DNA of 57,539 bases, from assembly GCA_046759445.1 (NCBI GenBank), contig JBHICG010000015.1, forward strand, positions 1 through 57,539, written 5' to 3'. The stretch is from Candidatus Scalinduaceae bacterium (GTDB lineage Bacteria > Planctomycetota > Brocadiia > Brocadiales > Scalinduaceae). Every line of letters begins with the position of its first letter. Position 1 is the first letter of the stretch. The notes beneath the pieces were generated by a model. That model made no database searches and was not told where the DNA came from. It worked only from the letters and a program-made list of their open reading frames with translations. The position numbers and the translations under genes were made by a program. Below, in pieces: positions 49,836-57,539 of this stretch.

Positions 49836-49876
49836 ACTTATAATCTCTCCTTTTTCTACAAAAAAGTTAAATTATT

Positions 49877-50215
49877 TCAAATTGCCTCATCTCCTGCTTT
49901 TCCTGTTCGGATGCTTATCACCTCTTCGATATTAGAAATGATAATCTTACCGTCTCCTCCTCTTCCTGTATGTGCAGATTCTTTAATGACATTGATAATC
50001 TTTTTAGCGTCTGAATCAGAGCATATGGTTTCAAGCTTTACTTTAGGTGTGAGATCGACAATATAGTCCATAGAGTAGTGTGGGTAACTTTCGTCCTTTT
50101 CTTTTCCAGCCCCTTTTATCTCTGTTATTGACATTCCTTGTATATTTATGCGTCTTAAGGCAGTTATTACCTTTTGCAGCATAAATGGTTGGATATAAGC
50201 CTTTATTTCTTTCAT
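49877..50215 (-). CDS. PII-family signal protein
   Basis: MKEIKAYIQP, PKVKLE, AHTGRGGDGKI, IRTG. Confidence 0.9.
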   Translation of the reverse strand: MKEIKAYIQPFMLQKVITALRRINIQGMSITEIKGAGKEKDESYPHYSMDYIVDLTPKVKLETICSDSDAKKIINVIKESAHTGRGGDGKIIISNIEEVISIRTGKAGDEAI

Positions 50216-53200
50216 CAGTATTGTACCTCCTTTTTTTCAAACCAGCAGTAAAGTGTAGGCAGTACGATTAAGGTTAGAAGTGTTGAAGATAACAAACCTC
50301 CAACTACCACAGTTGCCAGTGGTTTTTGGATCTCAGAACCAGTGCCGTGGCTGAGTAGTATTGGTATTAATCCTAATGCGGTGGTTAATGCAGTCATAAG
50401 GACAGGACGAAGTCTGTGTTCAGCCCCCTTTAGTATAGCCTCGTGTAAACTCATACCTTCCTGCCTGAGTTGATTTAGGTACTGTATCATGATTATGCCA
50501 TTTTCCACTGCTATACCAAAAAGTGCTATAAACCCCACAGAAGCTGGTACACTTAGATTTGCACCAGCTATCCACATAGCAGGAAACCCACCTATTATGG
50601 CAAATGGTATATTCAGGATTATTAAGCCTGCATTTCTAACAGAATTAAAACTGCTAAATAGTAGAAGGAATATGATAAGTATTGTTAATGGTACTATAAT
50701 GGCGAGCCTTTTGTTGGCACGTTGTTGGAGCTCAAATTGCCCTCCCCATGTAAGATAATATCCAGGAGGTAAATCTACGTTTTTTTCAACTTTTTTCTTT
50801 GCCTCGGACACAAATCCACCAATATCTCTGCCTAAAAGATTGCATTCAACTACAATCCTCCGTTGGCTATGTTCTCTGCTTATCTGGGCAGGTCCTTCTT
50901 CTATCGTAATCTTTGCCAGTTGGCTCATGGGAACCCGTTCACCACCCGGTGCATTAATAAGAATGTTTCTTACACTATTAATGTCGTATCTCCTTTCTTG
51001 GGGGTATCTGACAATCAAGTCAAAACGTTTTTGACCTTCTAAAACCTGGGTTGCTGCCTTTCCTCCAATTGCAGTTTCTATTACATCCTGAACATCAGAG
51101 ATGTTAATTCCGTAACGGGAGATTGATTCCCTATCAATCTTTATCTGCAGTACAGGCAGGCCCGCAACCTGTTCCACCTTCGGTTCTACAACACCGCGTA
51201 TCCCGGCAATGATCCTCTGAATCTCTTCTGCCTTCTCCTTAAGGATTGACATGTCTTCGCCGAATACCTTTATTGCAATATCAGATCTCACACCTGATAT
51301 AAGTTCACTCACTCTCATTTCTATTGGTTGTGAAAAACTGTAAGTAACACCGGGAATCTTATTTAATTCTTTATTCATCTTTTCTATCAATTCTTCCTTA
51401 TTTGCTACAGTCCATTCTCTTTTCGGTTTTAATATTATAAAGACATCACTCAATTCTGGTCCCATGGGATCTGTTGCTATCTCTGGCCTTCCTGTCAGTG
51501 ACACTACTGTTTCTACTTCAGAAAAACCTTTGAGGATTTTTTCTATCTTCTCACATATCTCTATGGAACTTGTTAAAGAGATGCTGGGAAGCCTGATGGC
51601 ATGAGCAGCTATTGAACCCTCGTTCAATTGTGGCATAAACTCAGAACCCAACCTGGTCATGATACCAAGACTTATCATTAGAAGGATGATGGCTGAAATT
51701 ATCGTTATTAAACGATGGTGCAGTGCTTTGTTAAGTAAAAAAAGATATGGCTTCTTAATCGAACGAATAATGATGTTTTCTTCTTTTTGTGCCTTAACTT
51801 TTAATATTAGACTGCACAGGGTTGGTGCAAGTGTCAGTGATAAGACAAGAGAACCCAGCATTGCAAAACTAATCGTAAAGGCAAGTGGTTTGAAAGTCTT
51901 GCCTTCTATACCCTGGAGGGTAAAAAGCGGTAGGAATACAACAATTATGATGAAAATTGCAAAGACAATTGGACGAGCAACCTCTTTGGCAGATATCAAG
52001 ACAATTTGTACAATATTCTTGTTCTTATACTCAGTTTCAGACAAATGCCGATAAATATTTTCAACCATTACGATAGAACTATCCACCATCATACCAATTC
52101 CGATAGCCAATCCTCCGAGTGACATCAGGTTTGCGGAGACTCCCTGTACTTTCATTAAGATAAATGCTATTAATACGGCCAGTGGTATATTAATGGCAAC
52201 AATGATGGCACTTCTTAGATTTCCAAGAAAACCAAATAGGACTAGAATGACCAGGATTCCCCCAATCATCAGGGCAGTTGTCACAGTCTTTATACACTTT
52301 TGGATGAGTTCTGACCTGTCGTAAAATGGTTTTATAGTAACTCCTTCCGGCAGTGTAGGTTTTATCTCTTCTATCTTTTTCTTCACTAGATTTACTACCT
52401 CTCGCCCATTTGCCCCCATAAGCATCATAACTATACCTGTAACAACCTCTCCTTCTCCATCCTTTGTTGAAGCCCCATACCTGACTTCAGGGCCAACTAC
52501 TACTTTTGCGACGTCCTTAATACGAACAGGTGTTCCATCACGTGCCTTCAATATAATGTTTTCTATATCCGTTATAGTAGATATAAGACCTATCCCGCGG
52601 ACTATATACTGTTCCGAAGAATGCTCTATGTATGCACCTCCAACATTTGTATTGTTTTCTTCCAGTGATGTAAATATCTGTTGCAAGGTTAAATCATGGG
52701 CTACCAATCTATCCGGATCAACCAATACTTGATATTGTTTTGTAAAACCACCAAAACTATTTACCTCGGTTACACCAGGAATAGTCAGCAACTGGAATCT
52801 GATAATCCAATCCTGAATAGTTCTAAGTTCCAATTGGCTATAACCTTCACCTTCAACCACATATCGATATATTTCTCCCAACCCTGTGCTGATAGGACCC
52901 ATAATGGGAGTGCCAAGTCCCTTCGGTATCTGTTCCTTTGCTACCTGTAAACGTTCCATTACCAGCCTTCGTGCAAAGTAGATATCCACCCAATCCTTAA
53001 AGACCACAGTAACCTGAGATAGCGCTGTCTTGGATAGTGACCTTATCTCATCAATATCAGGAAGTCCCATCATGGATGCTTCAATAGGGAATGTAATTAG
53101 TTTTTCCACCTCGACAGCACCCAAACCGGGGGCTTCTGTGTTAATCTGCACCTGGATGTTAGTGACATCTGGCACAGCATCGACAGGTAGGCGAAGAGTC

Positions 53201-53289
53201 ATATAAACGCCTGCTCCGATGAGAAGGACAGTAAGCGTTATTACCAAAAAACGAAACCTTACCGAGAAATCAACAATTCGTTCAATCAA
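50215..53289 (-). CDS. czcA: CzcA/CusA heavy-metal RND efflux pump
   Basis: PVDAVPDVTNIQVQI, NLMSLGGLAIGIGMMVD, RLRPVLMTA. Confidence 0.95.
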   Translation of the reverse strand: MIERIVDFSVRFRFLVITLTVLLIGAGVYMTLRLPVDAVPDVTNIQVQINTEAPGLGAVEVEKLITFPIEASMMGLPDIDEIRSLSKTALSQVTVVFKDWVDIYFARRLVMERLQVAKEQIPKGLGTPIMGPISTGLGEIYRYVVEGEGYSQLELRTIQDWIIRFQLLTIPGVTEVNSFGGFTKQYQVLVDPDRLVAHDLTLQQIFTSLEENNTNVGGAYIEHSSEQYIVRGIGLISTITDIENIILKARDGTPVRIKDVAKVVVGPEVRYGASTKDGEGEVVTGIVMMLMGANGREVVNLVKKKIEEIKPTLPEGVTIKPFYDRSELIQKCIKTVTTALMIGGILVILVLFGFLGNLRSAIIVAINIPLAVLIAFILMKVQGVSANLMSLGGLAIGIGMMVDSSIVMVENIYRHLSETEYKNKNIVQIVLISAKEVARPIVFAIFIIIVVFLPLFTLQGIEGKTFKPLAFTISFAMLGSLVLSLTLAPTLCSLILKVKAQKEENIIIRSIKKPYLFLLNKALHHRLITIISAIILLMISLGIMTRLGSEFMPQLNEGSIAAHAIRLPSISLTSSIEICEKIEKILKGFSEVETVVSLTGRPEIATDPMGPELSDVFIILKPKREWTVANKEELIEKMNKELNKIPGVTYSFSQPIEMRVSELISGVRSDIAIKVFGEDMSILKEKAEEIQRIIAGIRGVVEPKVEQVAGLPVLQIKIDRESISRYGINISDVQDVIETAIGGKAATQVLEGQKRFDLIVRYPQERRYDINSVRNILINAPGGERVPMSQLAKITIEEGPAQISREHSQRRIVVECNLLGRDIGGFVSEAKKKVEKNVDLPPGYYLTWGGQFELQQRANKRLAIIVPLTILIIFLLLFSSFNSVRNAGLIILNIPFAIIGGFPAMWIAGANLSVPASVGFIALFGIAVENGIIMIQYLNQLRQEGMSLHEAILKGAEHRLRPVLMTALTTALGLIPILLSHGTGSEIQKPLATVVVGGLLSSTLLTLIVLPTLYCWFEKKEVQY

Positions 53290-54500
53290 TGTGAATGCCC
53301 CTCACTGATGGTTTCTTTTAGTAGTTCAGATTTTAGATAGAATGCTCCCTCAGTTACTACCCGTTCTCCTTCCTTGACTCCCTCTAATATCTCTATATCA
53401 GTTTCAAATTCTCTTCCGGTCTTTACTGGACAACATCCAAACAAATTTTTCCCCTTATCGACAAAAACCACTTCTTTATCTTGCAACCTTTGGATTGCAG
53501 ATAATGGGACAGTAAATATTTCCTCTGGTTCACCGGTTACAATCTTTGCTTTGGCAAACATACCTGGTTTCAACATTCTCTTACTATTATCTATCTCAAC
53601 CCTTACCTTAACTGTCCTCGTAGCCTCTTCAACTACACTACTTATATAAGTAATCCGTCCCTTGAATTCATCCTCCGGATAGGCAGATACATATAGCTCC
53701 ACTTCCTGGCCTAAATCTATTCTCGCCAGGTCTTTCTCATAAATATCCAGGATAATCCAGAGAACGTCCAGGTTTGCAATTGTAAAGAGCGGTTTTTCTG
53801 GGTCTGTCATTTCTCCTAATGTAATATGTTTCTCAATGACCGTTCCTTTATAAGGTGAGTGGAGTGGAAAATGCTCGATAGAGTGTAATTGAGAAACGAT
53901 ACTCTGGATTTCATCTTCCGAAAGACCTAAAAGATGGAGCTTATTCTCTGCCGCCTCGAATTCAGCTTTTGCCATGAAATAATTTCCTTTAGCATCGAGC
54001 ATCTCTTTCTCAGAGGATATCCCTTTTTCCCGCAACCCTTTTTCCCTCTCGTAATTTGCTTGTGTAACTTCCATCTTCGTCTTTGCTCTAATGTATATCG
54101 AACGGACTTCACCCAGTTCTATGCTGTCAAGGACAGCGAGCTTCTGACCCTCTGCCACCTCATCACCAAAGTCTGCAAAGATTTCAACAACTCTCCCCTG
54201 GATTCTGGGGCTGACACGGAATAGTTTATTAGCATTAAACTGTATTTCTGCTGTGGCATCTATGTGCTGGCTAACAATCTTCCGTTCCAGTTTCTCTAAC
54301 TTAAGACCTATAATTTCAAGACGTTCTTTAGAAACCTCAACCTCTGAGATTTCTTCATGCTCATCATGTTCGTGTTGATGCTTTTCGTGTATGTGCTCAT
54401 GCTCCTCAATGACTGCTATTTCTGATTTATTTTTTTTGCAAGAAACTTGAACAACTAATAAGAAAAACATTATCAAAAATATAAATAGTCTAAAATTCAT
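53286..54500 (-). CDS. czcB: CzcB-type membrane fusion protein with His-rich N-terminus
   Basis: HEHIHEKHQHEHDEH; TRTVKVRVEIDN..LKPGMF. Confidence 0.92.
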   Translation of the reverse strand: MNFRLFIFLIMFFLLVVQVSCKKNKSEIAVIEEHEHIHEKHQHEHDEHEEISEVEVSKERLEIIGLKLEKLERKIVSQHIDATAEIQFNANKLFRVSPRIQGRVVEIFADFGDEVAEGQKLAVLDSIELGEVRSIYIRAKTKMEVTQANYEREKGLREKGISSEKEMLDAKGNYFMAKAEFEAAENKLHLLGLSEDEIQSIVSQLHSIEHFPLHSPYKGTVIEKHITLGEMTDPEKPLFTIANLDVLWIILDIYEKDLARIDLGQEVELYVSAYPEDEFKGRITYISSVVEEATRTVKVRVEIDNSKRMLKPGMFAKAKIVTGEPEEIFTVPLSAIQRLQDKEVVFVDKGKNLFGCCPVKTGREFETDIEILEGVKEGERVVTEGAFYLKSELLKETISEGHSH

Positions 54501-54523
54501 TCTTTACTCCATTCTGATGAAAA

Positions 54524-55885
54524 TTATGGTTGTAACTTCATACCTGATACAGTTTCAAGGTTTACAACGGCCTTGTTGTAATCGAGCAGTGCGTTTAAAT
54601 ATGCTGCTCGTGTATCTATGAGATCACTTTCCACAGTAAGAAATCCAACAAAATTAATCTTGCCTTCCTTGTATGAAATCTCGTTAAGCCTCAAGCTTTC
54701 ATCCACTTGTGGTATAATTTCATCCTTATATATAGCTATACCATCTTTTGCTGCCATGAAGGAACGATATGCAGCCTCCACTTCCTTCTGAATTTCCAGA
54801 TACTTGTTCTTTATGTTTATGTTAGCTACATCTTTAGCGGTTCGGGCCTTTTTAAGTTCTGATTGTTTCCTATCCCATATTGGTATTGATATGGATATCT
54901 CTCCACCTACAATATCATCTGTTCCTTCTTCCCTTGTAAAGAATCCTGAAAGGTCAGGATTTGGAATAATCTCTGCCTTATGTAGGGATATTTCCTCCAA
55001 TGCCCTTTCTCCCTCAAGCTTTATTGCCTTTAAGTCAGGTCTGGTTTTGTATGCAGATGCCAAAAAGTCTTTGAGGTTTACCTGTAGTGGTTTATAGGCT
55101 AGGTCACCATGGGGGGTTAACGGTTTATCCTTTGGCTTTCCCAGAATGACTTTCAAATTCAAGAGACTGTTTTGATAGTTTTTCTTTGCAACAAGAAGGT
55201 GTTGTTTTGCAAGTCCATACCTTATTTTTATTGAATTGAGTTCTAGAGCGGATATTGCGCCTGCCTTGTGTCTTTCCATTGTTGCACTCCATAGCTTTTC
55301 AAATATTTCTTCAACATAGCTCTGAAGTTTTACAATTTCTAAAGAACTTAAAGCCTCATAAAAACTATTCTTGACATTCGCAATAATATTTCTTTCTACA
55401 TCAACAATTTCATATTTTACCTTCTCTATGTTCTTGTCGGTTACACGTATTCGTTTCCGTCTTTGTCCATAAACCTCAAATTCTTGAGATAATGAAATAC
55501 TGTAGTCTGTATGTCTTTCTTCAGGAGAAGGAGATTCTCTCCTTCCAATTTCAGTTTTCAGTTCAGGATTTGAAGGGAAAATCAATGATGCCTTAATACG
55601 GTCAGCTTTGACTGCTCCTAATTTTTTCCTTGCAGAAGCCAGTTGTAAGTTATTTACAAGAGATATATTAATAGCTTCTTTGAGGGTAACGGGTTTAGTC
55701 TTTAATTCAGCGTGAGCTATTAATGCATCAGAGGATAAAAAGCGTATAGAAACCAGTAATGTTGCAATAAATACATACTTGAAACGGTAAAAGGAAGATA
55801 TACGGCAATTTAATAAAATCCCCTTAACCCTCTTTACTAAAGGGGGGAATAGTGAAATTTGTCCTTCTAATTTGATTTTTTTCAT
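54524..55885 (-). CDS. czcC: CzcC/TolC outer membrane factor
   Basis: Outer-membrane efflux protein repeats (SNPEL, ISIPIWDR, YKEGKI); upstream of czcBA. Confidence 0.9.
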   Translation of the reverse strand: MKKIKLEGQISLFPPLVKRVKGILLNCRISSFYRFKYVFIATLLVSIRFLSSDALIAHAELKTKPVTLKEAINISLVNNLQLASARKKLGAVKADRIKASLIFPSNPELKTEIGRRESPSPEERHTDYSISLSQEFEVYGQRRKRIRVTDKNIEKVKYEIVDVERNIIANVKNSFYEALSSLEIVKLQSYVEEIFEKLWSATMERHKAGAISALELNSIKIRYGLAKQHLLVAKKNYQNSLLNLKVILGKPKDKPLTPHGDLAYKPLQVNLKDFLASAYKTRPDLKAIKLEGERALEEISLHKAEIIPNPDLSGFFTREEGTDDIVGGEISISIPIWDRKQSELKKARTAKDVANINIKNKYLEIQKEVEAAYRSFMAAKDGIAIYKDEIIPQVDESLRLNEISYKEGKINFVGFLTVESDLIDTRAAYLNALLDYNKAVVNLETVSGMKLQP

Positions 55886-56127
55886 GTTATTAAGCTGACA
55901 AAATCTTGCATTGTATGTCGTAAAAGAAATAACACTAACTATTACTATCTAAATTATTATCACACTTGTTAATGCTGGAACAAGTCCATGTTTATTCATA
56001 TCTGTGAGTTCCAGAAATTTAGATAACTAATTACATTATGAGGGCTATTTAGTCCTAATGCCTGCGTGTGAACTTTTGTAAATTCAGTAATAGTTAAATA
56101 TGGAAACGTTTGAGTAATAAAAGATGA

Positions 56128-56493
56128 TTAGCGAATTGATTGAGGAGGGCGAAAGAGGATTTTTGCAAATAGTTCTTTGTAAAGTATGTCTTCAGTCGCC
56201 GAAGAAGGTTGAGATGTATTAATATCAAAAATGATGCTCGCTGATATGTTTTCTACATAATAATGTGAAAATATACAACAGACAGGGCAGTGTTGACAAG
56301 GCCTATTGGGGACAATCGGACAGTGATGTTCATTACAAGAGTTAGTTCCTTCCGAAGAAGCATTAACTATTTCAACTTTGTCGTTAGCATTTCCAAACGA
56401 AAAAACAACTTCTGGAAAGATTGAGAAGGTTAAGACTAATATTAAGCAAACCTTCAATATATGAATTTGTCTTAATCTCATTTTCATAAACAT
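56128..56493 (-). CDS. CzcI-like small secreted Cys/His-rich protein
   Basis: CNEHHCP...CQHCPVCC...FRPPQ C-terminus; upstream of czcC. Confidence 0.6.
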   Translation of the reverse strand: MFMKMRLRQIHILKVCLILVLTFSIFPEVVFSFGNANDKVEIVNASSEGTNSCNEHHCPIVPNRPCQHCPVCCIFSHYYVENISASIIFDINTSQPSSATEDILYKELFAKILFRPPQSIR

Positions 56494-56670
56494 TTAATCA
56501 AAATACCACTTCAAATTGCCAGAGTTAACAAATAACAACTTCACACTAACATAATCTTTATATACATGTCAATTATTTTTGGATGGTAGCATATGTATTT
56601 ATTTCTATACATACCGTTAAAGGATTCATTTTGCAGAGCAAAATGCAAATAAATTAGCAACCAACGGGAG

Positions 56671-57393
56671 CTAATTTATGTCAAGACCATTTATTATTTG
56701 TCCGGGATTGTCTGAGACTAGCGCTCTAGCCTCTTTATCCCCTATAATTTTGGCGGCTTTTTCAACTGCTTTGGATAATATTGGTGGCCTGCCGGTAAGC
56801 GAGTGAGTGTCAGAAGCAATAAAATGTACCATCTTATGTTTTAGAAGCCGTTCGACACATTTCCTTTCTCTCGATCCAAAATTTCCTAACAAGCTCTGTG
56901 CAGTCACCTGAACAAGAGCTCCCGACTTAACTAATTGTTCTACAATTTTTGGATTTCTTTGAAACATTGTTATTCTTTCTGCGTGTGAGATAATTGACAC
57001 AATGCCAAGTAATTTAAGGTCGAATATGAATTTTTCAGTCCCTGGTGGAATAAACATAAACGGAAGTTCAAGCAGGATAAATTTCCCTCCATCGTTAATC
57101 GTGAGCACTTCACCATTTTTTATACTTCCCATTAATCCAAAATTAATGTGTATTTCTGATCCGGGAAGTATTTCCAAATCAATTTGAAGTTCTTTCAACT
57201 TGAGATTAAGTGTCTTAACCTTTTTTAGTATATCATCTTTTTTTGCCTCATATACTCCATCTTTAGAATGAGGTGTTGCAACGATTGTCTTAATTCCATC
57301 ATTTGCCGCAATCTTGCACAGTTCTATCGATTCCTCAATCGTTTCTGCGCCATCGTCTAAAGAGGGAAGTATATGTGCGTGTATGTCTATCAT
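56671..57393 (-). CDS. CpsB/CapC-family PHP tyrosine-protein phosphatase
   Basis: MIDIHAHILP.LDDGA, VATPH, PGSE, SHAER, IASDTH. Confidence 0.92.
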   Translation of the reverse strand: MIDIHAHILPSLDDGAETIEESIELCKIAANDGIKTIVATPHSKDGVYEAKKDDILKKVKTLNLKLKELQIDLEILPGSEIHINFGLMGSIKNGEVLTINDGGKFILLELPFMFIPPGTEKFIFDLKLLGIVSIISHAERITMFQRNPKIVEQLVKSGALVQVTAQSLLGNFGSRERKCVERLLKHKMVHFIASDTHSLTGRPPILSKAVEKAAKIIGDKEARALVSDNPGQIINGLDIN

Positions 57394-57539
57394 AAATAAA
57401 TCCTTTTTAATGGTTTTTATAAGTGTCTGATTTTGTGTCTGTTATACCGCTATCACTTGATTTTACAATAACTTATAAATTTTCTTTTAGGCTTATCCGG
57501 TTGACTGCCGTAGATGCAAGATGTAGTATATTGTGTCTA

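Noticed and set aside
49877..50215. PII gene in the czc operon as a novelty
   Set aside because: PII-like genes linked to heavy-metal RND operons are a known association

Overview
AT-rich bacterial chromosomal window. The gene content (Amt-histidine kinase fusion, many TPR/NHL proteins, GGGGA/CCCCT-type palindromic repeats) suggests an anammox planctomycete (Ca. Scalindua/Brocadiales-like), but this is inference only. Left part (1-15.5 kb): ammonium-sensor kinase plus response regulator, GH15-like hydrolase, TPR proteins, DUF364, endonuclease IV-like protein, glycogen phosphorylase. 15.55-26.3 kb: a 10.7-kb block bounded by a perfect 63-bp direct repeat, carrying a DUF433/PIN toxin-antitoxin pair, a CsgG-like protein, a Sec-signal Rhs protein with an unusual ADP-ribosyltransferase + hydrophobic + C-terminal-domain payload, and a caspase-DUF1566 protein. 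27-37 kb: a defence hotspot with a decayed earlier CRISPR unit (two cas6 3' remnants, an orphan terminal repeat), then a compact adaptation-less type III-F-like CRISPR-Cas operon (cas6, HD-positive/GGDD-negative cas10, cas5, small subunit, single cas7). A leaderless 6-repeat mini-array follows directly, then a DUF262-type remnant and darTG. 37-41 kb: small genes separated by duplicated intergenic modules. 45-57 kb: B12 radical SAM, an ArsR-led operon with an MtrA-like (corrinoid-type) protein and a CDF transporter, a czcICBA-PII heavy-metal efflux operon and a PHP tyrosine phosphatase. All family calls are motif-based by eye; no searches were run.
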